From Candidatus Thorarchaeota archaeon (GTDB lineage Archaea > Asgardarchaeota > Thorarchaeia > Thorarchaeales > Thorarchaeaceae), in assembly GCA_048882485.1 (NCBI GenBank), contig JBHLRP010000001.1:192001-256000 (forward strand): a DNA stretch of 64,000 bases, in the 5' to 3' direction. The notes beneath the pieces were generated by a model. The model ran no database searches. It was given only the letters and a program-made list of their open reading frames with translations, and was not told where the DNA came from. The translations under genes were made by a program, and so were the position numbers. This document shows positions 47,175 through 57,389 of this stretch, one piece after another. The stretch's first letter is position 1; every line of letters begins with the position of its first letter.

Positions 47175-48184
47175 CCCATGTGCATAGGAGCACGATGGTC
47201 AGGATGGTCAAACTCCTCTTCTATCTCATAATCGTTGCCAAGGAATTGATTCATCATGAGACCAGCATAATTCCCTGTGCCAATGGCCATGGCTATCTGT
47301 TGAGTTATGGGTCTACAGTCTCCCGCCGCCCAGACTCCCTCGACATTTGTCTTTCCTCTATGATCAGTGATGATATTTCCTCTGCTGTCAACCTGCACAC
47401 CGATTTGCTGTGCTAGTTCTGATCTTGGCTCTGCCACAAAAGCGACGAAGAACACCTCAGCCTTTATCTTCGAGCCGTTTGTAAGTGTGATAGACTGCAA
47501 CTTCCCAGGAACTGGAAAATCCACAGCTTTTATTGTGCCACGAATCCACTCAAATGGTGATTCATCCAATTTTGCTAAGTCCTGTTCTTCAATAGGCATG
47601 TACGCATCTTCGGTCATGAGGATTCTGATTCTATCTGTAAAGCGCGTCAGTGAGTTTGCGGTGTGAAGCGCACTTCCGACGGTTCCGGCATTGACAACAA
47701 GAACATCCTTGTCTTTACAGAGAGGAGCCTCACAATCGGGACAATAGAAAGCCGCGTTGCCTGCATTGGCGACTGGTAACCAACCTCTCCACATCCCATT
47801 AACTTTCGGATGTTTCCTAGCGGTGCCCGTCGCGAAAAGGAGTATCCTTGCCTGATATTCGGATATGTCTTTGGTTCGATAGCTCCTGTCTGTGCGTACA
47901 ACGAAACGAGGATACCTGCCAGATACTTCAACGACATTGGCTTCTTTCATCTCAGCTCCAGCTGCCCTTGCAATCCCCTGCAGATTTCTTAGAAGAGGAC
48001 GACCCTCATGATACGCCTCACCAGACGCAAAGTTGACAATGGTGTTGTGATGGAAACTCATTGGACTAGTTCCCCGATCCAAGACCAAAACTTTGCGTTT
48101 ATGGTATGCTAGGTGCAGTGCGGCAGAACATCCAGCTGGACCTCCGCCAATTATTATCGCATCGTACAGTTCTGGCTCATCCAA
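47171..48184 (-). CDS. FAD/NAD(P)-dependent oxidoreductase, thioredoxin-reductase-like
   Basis: IIGGGPAG, FATG, YCPDCE, TNVEGVWAAGD; the second (NADPH) Rossmann motif is degenerate (NAGTVGSA). Confidence 0.85.
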   Translation of the reverse strand: MDEPELYDAIIIGGGPAGCSAALHLAYHKRKVLVLDRGTSPMSFHHNTIVNFASGEAYHEGRPLLRNLQGIARAAGAEMKEANVVEVSGRYPRFVVRTDRSYRTKDISEYQARILLFATGTARKHPKVNGMWRGWLPVANAGNAAFYCPDCEAPLCKDKDVLVVNAGTVGSALHTANSLTRFTDRIRILMTEDAYMPIEEQDLAKLDESPFEWIRGTIKAVDFPVPGKLQSITLTNGSKIKAEVFFVAFVAEPRSELAQQIGVQVDSRGNIITDHRGKTNVEGVWAAGDCRPITQQIAMAIGTGNYAGLMMNQFLGNDYEIEEEFDHPDHRAPMHMG

Positions 48185-48334
48185 AGCTTCCTCGCCTCCA
48201 ATTTGTAGACTTCACTATGGTTAATAACTTTACTGATTTGGTTGTGCGAATATCCAACTAATGAGGTTACGATTTGTTTTTAACGCTAGATGTGAATGTG
48301 CTTAATGAGCAAATTTCCTATAGGGGACAGTAGA

Positions 48335-49342
48335 ATGATTCGCGGAAAATTACTGATCTTAGCTATGTTATTATCGGCCATGCTTTTGGCTCCACCAGCA
48401 CTAGCTCAGACGAATCAGGGGCTTGAGTGGGGTTTCAACCCTGAGGATGAGTTTCATTTTATGATGCATCTCGATGCCGAAGATATGCTGATTGATGAGG
48501 AGATTTATGTAAACAGTAGCGAAACCCTTCCTGCAATTCCGGACTCACTGACCAACTGGTCTGATATTCCATATGCTTCGCTTGATGCCTATTACGCCAA
48601 CGGAACAGACTTAGGAATAATCGTGCTGACTTTCGTGACAGCTCTTAATTTCCATCTGCCCATAGGCAACTGGACATTGATGAGTTTCCTCTACTCAACC
48701 ACACTGAATGTCGATCACTTCGCCCTCGATGCTGACGACCCCTATTTTTGGGGATACAGTTGGGATGATGACAACTTCACATATGGTGTAATCAGCGTCG
48801 AAGAAGGAATTACAATCTTTGTACATGTGGATTACTTCAAACAAGATGGATACCTATCTCACTACTTCCTTGAGAGCTATAATACCACAACCATGGAGAA
48901 GACTGGCGAGGTAGAACTGAATCGAATAGGCATGGAGAAATATAGGGACAAGACAGCACCTGTCCTGAATCACCCCGATGACATCACTTATTCCGAGGAC
49001 GAAGGTCCCTTATTTCGAGCGAGTATAATATGGACCCCCAGCGATGACTATCCTTTGAGCTACGAAGTATTTGTTGATGGAACGACCCTGATGTCAGGAG
49101 ATTGGAATTCATCATCTGAATCCATAACGGTGCCAGTATGGGGTCTTGATGCTGGAGAATACAACTACACAATCGAGGTAAGCGATTTCGCTGGGAATAC
49201 TGCATCTGATACGGTCATAGTGTCCGTTCAGCCGCCGGATGTTGTCCCAAACCCATGGCTTCTATTCTCTATTCTGATAGCGGGCGCTGGGGTTATCATT
49301 ATTGTAGTAGTAGTTGTCTTTCGAAAGCTGTCATCGCGCTAG
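48335..49342 (+). CDS. Secreted, membrane-anchored surface protein with a C-terminal Ig-like domain
   Basis: Signal peptide from MIRGKLL; DKTAPVLNHPDD...GEYNYTIEVSDFAGN Ig module; C-terminal TM. Confidence 0.8.
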   Translation: MIRGKLLILAMLLSAMLLAPPALAQTNQGLEWGFNPEDEFHFMMHLDAEDMLIDEEIYVNSSETLPAIPDSLTNWSDIPYASLDAYYANGTDLGIIVLTFVTALNFHLPIGNWTLMSFLYSTTLNVDHFALDADDPYFWGYSWDDDNFTYGVISVEEGITIFVHVDYFKQDGYLSHYFLESYNTTTMEKTGEVELNRIGMEKYRDKTAPVLNHPDDITYSEDEGPLFRASIIWTPSDDYPLSYEVFVDGTTLMSGDWNSSSESITVPVWGLDAGEYNYTIEVSDFAGNTASDTVIVSVQPPDVVPNPWLLFSILIAGAGVIIIVVVVVFRKLSSR

Positions 49343-49605
49343 GTTCCCAAGTATGAACCACCAGTGGAATGCATTAGGCAAAGAGGCACAAATTACCGCG
49401 AAATAGATATATGAAGGTGGTACAATAGAGGGCCTTGGAGGGCACTCTATGAAGATCGCTGGAGCTAGGTTGGCAATTCTATTCGTGAGAATTGTCCTTT
49501 TTCCCAGTGTATCCTATCTGGATTCTAGCCATCAGACTGGGGTTCCAGAATCAGCGAGGATTCCGAGGGACTACGAACGAATTTTCCAATCCAAGGGGTG
49601 GCACA

Positions 49606-52600
49606 ATGAGAGCTAGCGGCGTATCAATTGGTCTTATTCTAGTTATTGGATTCTTATATATAGCAAACAGTGCTCAGATTGTTGAGCCAAGTAGTTTCAA
49701 TGCACTAGAACCAATTTCATCAAATAACATCGACCAATTCATCAAAAGCTTGGATAGTCAATTAATATGGCAAAACCTGGGTCAAATTGGAAATCTTGAA
49801 ACTGAATTCTATTGTGAATTCGAATCCGGTTTTGTCTGCTTTAATGTGGGCCAAGTTGAAATCTGGACTGTGAATGACAGATCTCCAATCCTTTTAGATT
49901 TTACAAGATTACAGCAAACGCATCCAATTGGTGTCCGCGAAGCTATTCCTCTTTCTCACTTCTTTCTTGGTGATAGAGGAACCTTCACGGGAGTGAAGTC
50001 TTACCATGCTGTTGAATACCGTAATTCAGAGATAGGCTGCTATATCGGATTTATCCTAATTGCTTCTGGTCTTCGATTGGAAGTTACTTCAGATGCAAGT
50101 TTGGAGGAACTCGTAACAGTATCTAATCCAACTGAACTAGATATTCAATTCAGGTCGAGTAAATTGAACAGAATAGACCCATTGATTTCAGATGAAGATT
50201 CTGAGAATTTTATGATGCTGGAATACGAGCTTATAGTCGATTCCGGTGATTCTTCTCCTGCACCTATTACTCAACCAGAAACAGACTTTACACCTAGTCA
50301 ACCAGGGGTTAACTACACATACTCCACATATTTCGGCGGAAGTAGCACTGAGTATTCATTCGATATAGATGTGGATTCTGATGACAATGTGTATTTCTGT
50401 GGTCGAACTCATTCATCCGATTTTCCGATTCTAAATGGATTCGATTCTTCAATGGGAGGCGATAGAGACTGCTTTGTCGCGAAATTCAGTCCGAATGGAG
50501 ATTTGCTATATAGTACATATATCGGAGGTTCTTCTTATGAAGCAGGCGGGGGATCTTCGATAGCTGTTGATAACCAAGGTAATGTCTATTTGGCAACTGA
50601 TACTCACTCCTCAGATTTTCCAACAGTCAACGCAATCGACCCAAGTTACAATGGAGACTATGATGTCGTTGTGTGTAAATTGAATAGTACTGGCGATTCT
50701 CTTATCTATTCGACCTATCTCGGATCATCAAGAAGAGATCTGCCAGAATCAATAGCAGTTCATTCCGATGGAAGTGCCGTAATAGTAGGCTACACTTGGG
50801 GTAGCTATCCTACTGCGAATAATGGTGTGTTGGATGCATTTGGAAATGATCCCGGTTTCGTCACTCGTCTAAGTCCCAATGGCACTGAATTCATTTTCTC
50901 TGGATTGATTGATGCAAATGATGATGTACAATGTCAAGGAGTTGCATTTGATGATGAAGGATACATCTATGTTGTCAGTAGAACCTTTGCAACAGATTTC
51001 CCTGTTGTCAATGCCTATGATAACACATCCAACGGTAGAGCAGATGCCACTGTAATGAAATTACACCCCAATGCGTCTTCAATTGAATATTCAACATACA
51101 TTGGTGGTTCGGAAGACGAGGATTTAGCCTACATTGACATTGATGGCGACGGTAATGCCTATGTATGTGGACGTACATATTCTGATGATTTTCCAATGGT
51201 TAGGGCATTTGACACCACTTATGGATGGGGTGACATCTTTGTGGTAAGATTGAATGCAAGCGGTGAATCTCTTGATTTTTCATCCTATCTTGGTGGAGAT
51301 ATAATCAATGACAACGAATTTCCATATGGTATCGTTGTAAATGATTATGGCTACGCATATGTAGCTGCAATGAGCTCTGCTATCGATTTTCAGGTCGTCC
51401 ATCCAATTGATGATACAATCAGTGGTGACGAAGTCATAATATCAAAGATTGACACTAACCAAGGTAGAATTGTGTACAGCACTTATCTTGGGGGATCTGG
51501 TAATGAGGTGGAAGCCGGCGGTATTGCATTAGATTCTATGGAAAATGCAGTTGTATGTTCTTCCACCTTTTCTACAGACTTTCCAACTGTCAATGCCTAT
51601 GACTCATCTCTAGGTGGAGTAGTAGATGCTACACTCACTAAGATTCCGCCTCTCGGCGATAGTGATAATGATACTATCTTTGATTTAGATGAAGAGATCT
51701 ATGGAACTAATCCCTACGACTATGATAGTGATAATGATTCAATGGATGATGGATTTGAAATCCAGTATGGACTTGATCCCCTCTTGAACGACACTATGGA
51801 TGATCTGGACAATGACACACTCACAAATCTGGAGGAGTTTAATCTGGGAACAAATCCCAGTTCTGCTGATAGCGACAATGATACCCTTGATGATGCCTAC
51901 GAAGTCCTGAATGGACTCAATCCTCTTTCGCCTGACAGTGACAATGATACCCTTGATGATGCCTACGAAGTTTCGAATGGACTCAATCCTCTTTCGCCTG
52001 ACAGTGACAATGATACCTTGGGTGATGCCTATGAGGTGCTGTCTGGACTCAATCCTCTCGTGAATGACACGATGGATGATTTGGACAATGACACACTCAC
52101 AAATCTAGAAGAGTTCAATCTGGGAACCAATCCTAGTTCTCCCGATAGTGATAATGACACCTTCGGTGATGCCTACGAAGTGCTGTATGGACTAAATCCT
52201 CTCGTGAATGACACAATGGATGATCTGGACAATGATACACTCACAAATCTGGAGGAGTTTAATCTTGGAACCAATCCCAGTTCTCCTGATAGTGACAATG
52301 ATACCCTTGATGATGCCTACGAAGTCCTGAATGGACTCAATCCTCTTTCTTCTGATAGCGACAATGATACTCTGGACGATGCCTACGAAATCCTCTATGG
52401 ATTAAATCCACTTTCCTCGGATAGTGACAATGATACCTTAGACGATGCTTATGAAATCAATGTGCTTGGGACGAACCCGTTAAGTTCCGATTCTGATGCT
52501 GATGGTTATTCCGATGCATATGAAGTTGAACATGGGTTTGATCCCTTAGATCCAAATAATCCTCCTGCTACGACAGAAACACCGCACACGACAACAACAG

Positions 52601-52713
52601 ACACAGGAGGCACAACAGACACAATAGATCTTGTTACTGTTTTAATCATCAGTGGCGGCATTATTGTTGCAGTATTTGCTGTCTGGGTTGTCCTTATCAG
52701 AGGAAAGCGTTGA
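49606..52713 (+). CDS. SBBP-repeat beta-propeller plus TSP3-repeat surface protein with a C-terminal TM anchor
   Basis: Repeated YSTYxGGS..E....IAVD..GN.Y..G.T.S.DFP units; DSDNDTLDDAYE...GLNPL repeats; Thr linker and TM. Start set at MRASG. Confidence 0.9.
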   Translation: MRASGVSIGLILVIGFLYIANSAQIVEPSSFNALEPISSNNIDQFIKSLDSQLIWQNLGQIGNLETEFYCEFESGFVCFNVGQVEIWTVNDRSPILLDFTRLQQTHPIGVREAIPLSHFFLGDRGTFTGVKSYHAVEYRNSEIGCYIGFILIASGLRLEVTSDASLEELVTVSNPTELDIQFRSSKLNRIDPLISDEDSENFMMLEYELIVDSGDSSPAPITQPETDFTPSQPGVNYTYSTYFGGSSTEYSFDIDVDSDDNVYFCGRTHSSDFPILNGFDSSMGGDRDCFVAKFSPNGDLLYSTYIGGSSYEAGGGSSIAVDNQGNVYLATDTHSSDFPTVNAIDPSYNGDYDVVVCKLNSTGDSLIYSTYLGSSRRDLPESIAVHSDGSAVIVGYTWGSYPTANNGVLDAFGNDPGFVTRLSPNGTEFIFSGLIDANDDVQCQGVAFDDEGYIYVVSRTFATDFPVVNAYDNTSNGRADATVMKLHPNASSIEYSTYIGGSEDEDLAYIDIDGDGNAYVCGRTYSDDFPMVRAFDTTYGWGDIFVVRLNASGESLDFSSYLGGDIINDNEFPYGIVVNDYGYAYVAAMSSAIDFQVVHPIDDTISGDEVIISKIDTNQGRIVYSTYLGGSGNEVEAGGIALDSMENAVVCSSTFSTDFPTVNAYDSSLGGVVDATLTKIPPLGDSDNDTIFDLDEEIYGTNPYDYDSDNDSMDDGFEIQYGLDPLLNDTMDDLDNDTLTNLEEFNLGTNPSSADSDNDTLDDAYEVLNGLNPLSPDSDNDTLDDAYEVSNGLNPLSPDSDNDTLGDAYEVLSGLNPLVNDTMDDLDNDTLTNLEEFNLGTNPSSPDSDNDTFGDAYEVLYGLNPLVNDTMDDLDNDTLTNLEEFNLGTNPSSPDSDNDTLDDAYEVLNGLNPLSSDSDNDTLDDAYEILYGLNPLSSDSDNDTLDDAYEINVLGTNPLSSDSDADGYSDAYEVEHGFDPLDPNNPPATTETPHTTTTDTGGTTDTIDLVTVLIISGGIIVAVFAVWVVLIRGKR
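51660..52560 (+). repeat. Near-identical intragenic tandem repeats (66-bp and 144-bp units) encoding TSP3-like motifs
   Basis: The block AA(C/T)GACACxATGGATGATxTGGACAATGA... starts at ~51787, ~52063 and ~52207; GA(C/T)AG(T/C)GACAATGATACC units recur. Confidence 0.9.
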
Positions 52714-52783
52714 AGTGAATATTCTGGAGAGGGCCTTTGATTGAGAGGTCTTGACTACTAACTATGTTCAGTGGTCAAGAACT

Positions 52784-53416
52784 CTAGGATTGAAGACAAG
52801 CACTTCCAGCCTCTTGTCCTAAATCAAAAGCTCTGGAATTTGCATCAACTGTCTTAGGCGGGACAAGTGCAAGCACAGCTTTCCTAACCTCTTCTGCTGG
52901 AATTGGGAAGTCTTCACAAGCTGCCGTGGCTCCGATGAGAACAGAGTTCTCTGTTCGAGCATTCCCTGCCTCTATTGCCAGATCAAGAGAGTCCAGCAGA
53001 ATTACATTCTCTGTGACATGTCGTATCTGCTTTTCAATGTCTTCAACAGTGAGGTATTTTGTCTTCTTCTCCTTGTCAAGAGCCACCTCCTCGGTTTCAG
53101 TAACGGAGGCCATTCTTCGATTACTCATGATGACAACCCCGCCTTCCTTAAGATACTCGATGTAGCGAAGTACTTCGCTGGCCTCCATCGCAATGACCAT
53201 ATCCGCTTTTCCATAGGGTATCAACGGAGAGATTGGCTTGCCTATTCTGAAATGAACATAGATTGATCCCTGTCTTTGAGAGAGGCCATGCTGTTCACCT
53301 GTCTTCACCTCCAGACCTGAATCGACTGCAGCTTTGCCAAGGATTGCGGAAAGAAGCATGAGACCTTGACCACCAACACCTGCGAACATTATGTTAAACG
53401 TATCAGAGTCCCTCAT
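52784..53416 (-). CDS. iorB: Indolepyruvate:ferredoxin oxidoreductase subunit beta
   Basis: AGVGGQG, EQHGLSQRQGS, SPLIPYGKAD; overlaps the iorA stop (ATGA). Confidence 0.93.
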   Translation of the reverse strand: MRDSDTFNIMFAGVGGQGLMLLSAILGKAAVDSGLEVKTGEQHGLSQRQGSIYVHFRIGKPISPLIPYGKADMVIAMEASEVLRYIEYLKEGGVVIMSNRRMASVTETEEVALDKEKKTKYLTVEDIEKQIRHVTENVILLDSLDLAIEAGNARTENSVLIGATAACEDFPIPAEEVRKAVLALVPPKTVDANSRAFDLGQEAGSACLQS

Positions 53417-55329
53417 GTCTTCACCTCCATTTGACGGGGTGCATCAACGGGACAGACCTGCCTACATTCCAGACATCCGTCGCATAAATCCGCTTGAATC
53501 ATCATTTTGTGGTCGCTCTCATCAACTGCTATAGCGGGGCAGTAGAATTCGCGTATACACGCGTAGATTCCTCTGCAGGTTTCTTTGTCATTCTCACCTG
53601 GGATGATCTTCTGACCAGCGCTCTTCTTGAGACGGTCTCCGTAAAGAGCACATTCTCGTCTGGAGATAATCACATTGAATCCATCCGCCTCTATCGCCTT
53701 CTTGATAGATCCAATGCAATCTCGAGTTTCATAAGGATCAATGATGGTGACGCTTTCAGCTCCCAGCGCTTCAAGCATCTTTTCCATGTCGATTTTCTTC
53801 GCTGGCTGGCCTCCAGCATTGTATGGCGAGTTTGGATTGTACTGCTGGCCAGTCATAGCAGTCACTGCATTATCCAGTACAAAGAGCGTCACATTCGAGT
53901 TGTGATGTATGAGATTAACTATGCCAGGCAACGCGGCATGGTACAGTGTAGAGTCTCCGACCATCGCTATCACCTTGTCTTCGAGAGCCAGCTCCATACC
54001 AGCTGAAACTCCCAGAGACGCTCCCATGGCAAGCATAGAATCAGAGAAATCGTTTGGAGGTAGGAAGGCCATGCTATAGCAGCCTATGTCGTTATTGAAG
54101 ACAATCTTATCGCGGATTCTAAGTTGCTGCAATGCTTGTCGAAAAGCCCAGAGTGTTCCACGGTGCGGACATCCGGGACAGAAGATTGGAGGTCTCTCAG
54201 GAAGGACACCCTTCAGTCGATTTGCCTTCTCTAGGACAGCATCATAGTCTATGCTTGGCTTGGTGTTCAACACCTCGGCGAGAACCTTCTCAACAATTGG
54301 CACATTGTATTCCAGCATTTCCGAGAAGTGCCCTGACTTCTTCCCAACAATGTATAGTGAAGGGTTCACATCTTTCGCTATGGCTGTAATCTTGGTTTCT
54401 AGATATGGAGTCAGCTCCTCAACAACAATGAGCGTTTGAAGAGGTTTGATGAATCCTGCTAGCTTCTTCTCAGGCAATGGATAGATAGTACCAAGCTTAA
54501 ACACGGGGAGCTCGAGGCCGAGATTCATCATTGCCTCCTTTGAGTGAAGGTAGCAGACACCGGCAGTAAGTATACCGACTTCTCCTTCTCCTTTGTCAAT
54601 GAAGTTGAAAGGAGTCTTCTCAAAGTCTTCCTTGATTGCCTTAGCCTTATCAAGCAGGTTTGCCTTCAATCGACGAGCGACTGCTCCGACTGTGAAATAC
54701 TGACCCTTAACATCTGCCCATCGGTTCTTCTTGAAGGGGGTTCTGTTTAACTCTCCGAGATTGACCATGCCTCTCTGGTGATTGACTCTTGTTGTTGTCC
54801 TGATGATTACTAGCGATTTGTGTTTCTCTGACACCTCAAAGGCCCACTTGACCATATCATGAGCCTCCTGTGGTGTGGAGGGTTCTATCATCGGCACATA
54901 TGCAGATTCACCGTAATACCTTCCATCTTGCTCGCTCTGAGATGAATGAGCATAAGGATCGTCAGCAATGAGGCAAACGCATCCAGCGTTTACTCCAACA
55001 TATCCGAGGCTGTACATGGAATCACTAGCAACATTCATTCCTACACTTTTCATTGAGGTGAATGCGCGTTGTCCAGCCATTGAGGCCCCCGCAACAGTTT
55101 CCAGAGCCACTTTCTCATTGGCTGCGATATGCATCTTATAATCGCCGAAATGGTCAAGCACCTCGCCAAATGTATCTAGAATCTCACTGACGGGAGAACC
55201 GGGATAAAATGCAACAATCTTTACGTCGGCTTCTAGCGCTCCTCTTACGACGGCTTCATTCGAAAGCATGAGTGCAGGTCCTTTATCTGTCCGCTTCACA
55301 TCCTCAACAGTCATCAATTCTCTCTCCAA
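53413..55329 (-). CDS. iorA: Indolepyruvate:ferredoxin oxidoreductase subunit alpha
   Basis: YPGSPVSE, NEKVALE, MKSVGMNVA, SSQSEQD, RPPIFCPGCPHR, DIGCY, GDS, TAMTGQQ; C-terminal ferredoxin. Confidence 0.95.
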   Translation of the reverse strand: MERELMTVEDVKRTDKGPALMLSNEAVVRGALEADVKIVAFYPGSPVSEILDTFGEVLDHFGDYKMHIAANEKVALETVAGASMAGQRAFTSMKSVGMNVASDSMYSLGYVGVNAGCVCLIADDPYAHSSQSEQDGRYYGESAYVPMIEPSTPQEAHDMVKWAFEVSEKHKSLVIIRTTTRVNHQRGMVNLGELNRTPFKKNRWADVKGQYFTVGAVARRLKANLLDKAKAIKEDFEKTPFNFIDKGEGEVGILTAGVCYLHSKEAMMNLGLELPVFKLGTIYPLPEKKLAGFIKPLQTLIVVEELTPYLETKITAIAKDVNPSLYIVGKKSGHFSEMLEYNVPIVEKVLAEVLNTKPSIDYDAVLEKANRLKGVLPERPPIFCPGCPHRGTLWAFRQALQQLRIRDKIVFNNDIGCYSMAFLPPNDFSDSMLAMGASLGVSAGMELALEDKVIAMVGDSTLYHAALPGIVNLIHHNSNVTLFVLDNAVTAMTGQQYNPNSPYNAGGQPAKKIDMEKMLEALGAESVTIIDPYETRDCIGSIKKAIEADGFNVIISRRECALYGDRLKKSAGQKIIPGENDKETCRGIYACIREFYCPAIAVDESDHKMMIQADLCDGCLECRQVCPVDAPRQMEVKT

Positions 55330-55446
55330 AGCAAACCCGATTGTCGGGTTACAGTTCAGATGTGAATAATCAACATAAGCGTTCGGCTATGGCAATCAAA
55401 TTCAGACCATGTTTGGGAGTTGCTTTTTGTAGCATAATTATGTAGC

Positions 55447-55470
55447 CATTATTGTGTGTACATAATAATG
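55447..55470. promoter_or_regulatory. Imperfect 24-bp palindrome abutting a TATA box in the iorA / HTH divergent region
   Basis: CATTATTgTGT-gt-ACAtAATAATG followed by TATAAAT (55471-55477). Confidence 0.5.
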
Positions 55471-55510
55471 TATAAATAGCAAAAGTGCATGAATTGTATC
55501 TTGAATTGCG

Positions 55511-55810
55511 ATGTCATCATCACTGTCTGCGACTCGTGTTGATTTTCCCCAAGCCATTGTTGAAGTGCTTGCCGCGTTGAAGGAGGTTCCCTCGGCCTCG
55601 ATATCAGGTTTGGCAAGAGCAACGGGAATCGACCGTCGTACCGTATCAAAAGCTATAGACCTTATTATGAGTGTTCAAGATTCACTAGCCACCAGAAAGA
55701 TAGACCGAAGGAAGGAGGGTAAAATGTGGGTAGTTACAATGAGAACCAGGACAGTAGAGTTCTTCCAGAATGCAATAGGCAGGCTACGGTCAAGAGGAGA
55801 GAAAGGCTGA
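55511..55810 (+). CDS. Small winged-HTH protein
   Basis: SISGLARATGIDRRTVSKAI helix-turn-helix. Confidence 0.75.
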   Translation: MSSSLSATRVDFPQAIVEVLAALKEVPSASISGLARATGIDRRTVSKAIDLIMSVQDSLATRKIDRRKEGKMWVVTMRTRTVEFFQNAIGRLRSRGEKG

Positions 55811-56382
55811 ACCTATCCTTTCCCAATTTTGACCATGTTGTGAATCGGGCTACCGTTAGAGCCCGATATCTGCGATTTTTGACGATATTCACAATTCTTG
55901 CCGCTATCTCAACATATTGGATGTATCAATATGTTGGCTGGAGTGCACTAGCACAGCTTGCAGGAATAGTTCTCGTCGCAGCGATAGGCGAAAGCTATGT
56001 GTCATCACAAGGATACTATGAATACCCCAAGAATGACAGTAATGGTCCCTTCATAAGGAATGTCCCAATTTGGATCCCATTTCTCTGGATTTTCTCAATT
56101 CAGGCTGCTTTTCTTACTGGATTGATATTTGGCTTATCCGGCTTAGAAGCATGTCTGTTGTCTGGATTACTAGCTGTCGTATTTGATCTTCTTTTCCTTG
56201 AACCATACTTTAGCCGCCAGAAAGAGCTCTGGATATGGTATTCTGTTGACAATGGCTATTTCAGGTTCATTCCTTCACAATTGGATAGGTTTACAGCCCC
56301 ACCCGGCAACTATGTCGTTTGGCTGATATTTCCCATTTTGATGAATTATGGGACAATCCTCTTGTCAATGATTCTGCTGTAA
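55726..56382 (+). CDS. CruF / DUF422-like (carotenoid-biosynthesis family) membrane protein; true start probably near 55807-55840
   Basis: E...GYYEY, GPFIRNVPIWIPFLW, FDLLFLEP, W.W and APPGNY match the CruF-type hydratase pattern. Confidence 0.7.
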   Translation: MGSYNENQDSRVLPECNRQATVKRRERLNLSFPNFDHVVNRATVRARYLRFLTIFTILAAISTYWMYQYVGWSALAQLAGIVLVAAIGESYVSSQGYYEYPKNDSNGPFIRNVPIWIPFLWIFSIQAAFLTGLIFGLSGLEACLLSGLLAVVFDLLFLEPYFSRQKELWIWYSVDNGYFRFIPSQLDRFTAPPGNYVVWLIFPILMNYGTILLSMILL

Positions 56383-56453
56383 TTTTTCCCTATATCAGGG
56401 CAATAGGTCAAGCTTCAAATCCGTCCAAAGGCTCTTTCATCCAGGTGCACTCT

Positions 56454-57380
56454 TTGGCGACGATTCGCGACCTTGAACAATCAGATATGGAGCAGGTCAT
56501 GACAATCTGCTCAACAACTTGGGGCGGCAATGACTACATACCTGAAGTCTTACCAAATTGGATCGATAGTCCGGATTACATCGCTAGAGGTCTCTTTGAA
56601 GCCGATGAACTCATGTCAGTATGCACTCTCCAAGTAGTGCCATCATCCAAAACTGGGTATATTTCTGGTCTGAGAACCAAGGAGGAACATCGTCGGAAGG
56701 GACATGGCAAAGAGATCACCGAGGATTTGATAGCAACAGCACAGGAGATTGGTGTGAAACATCTTCTATACCTGACGATGAACTTCAACGAACCATCCAA
56801 GAAGCTCGCGGAGCAGCTTGGATTCTCCCTAAGAGACCAGTATGGTTCCTTTCATCTTTACACGCCATTTCCTTCTCATCCAACTCCAAGCCCTGATTTA
56901 ATTCCAATAAATGCAAGTCCTGAACGAGTCACTGAGGTTACTAGATCGTTTGCCTCTCTTGTCCCAAATCATTACATCCCATTTGATTTTCATTTCTATG
57001 GGAAGTCGCTCGATAATTTCAGGCATATATCAGCTAGCTCAGATTTTCATCTTGTGACGGACGAGAATGGGCATCCAGGTGGCCTATATTATAGCGCTCC
57101 GTTGCGGGATGACCGAGGAGAACGCGCCACCTCCTACATCGTCTATACAACGAATCAAAGCATATTTGTCGATATGATGGCCAGGATATTGGATGAGATA
57201 CCAGAAAGGGGAGCTACCCGAGTAACCTTCCTTATGGGCCCTAATGCAACTGAATGGGTGACGGGATTGAGGTACACAGACTCTGAGATGGGCGCCTGGC
57301 CTGGCGTTTACTCGGAACGTCGTCTCCTTCTTTACGAGCTCGAGCTTTGGAAGAGAGGAATTAATACGTGTGCGGACTGA
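56454..57380 (+). CDS. GNAT-family N-acetyltransferase
   Basis: TIRD, WGGNDYI, GLRTKEEHRRKGHG, NEPSKKLAEQLGF. Start set at the TTG after a GGTG SD. Confidence 0.85.
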   Translation: MATIRDLEQSDMEQVMTICSTTWGGNDYIPEVLPNWIDSPDYIARGLFEADELMSVCTLQVVPSSKTGYISGLRTKEEHRRKGHGKEITEDLIATAQEIGVKHLLYLTMNFNEPSKKLAEQLGFSLRDQYGSFHLYTPFPSHPTPSPDLIPINASPERVTEVTRSFASLVPNHYIPFDFHFYGKSLDNFRHISASSDFHLVTDENGHPGGLYYSAPLRDDRGERATSYIVYTTNQSIFVDMMARILDEIPERGATRVTFLMGPNATEWVTGLRYTDSEMGAWPGVYSERRLLLYELELWKRGINTCAD

Positions 57381-57389
57381 ATAATTTTC

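Noticed and set aside
51660-52560. Regularly spaced repeats as a CRISPR array
   Set aside because: They are in-frame coding repeats without unique spacers, and there are no cas genes.
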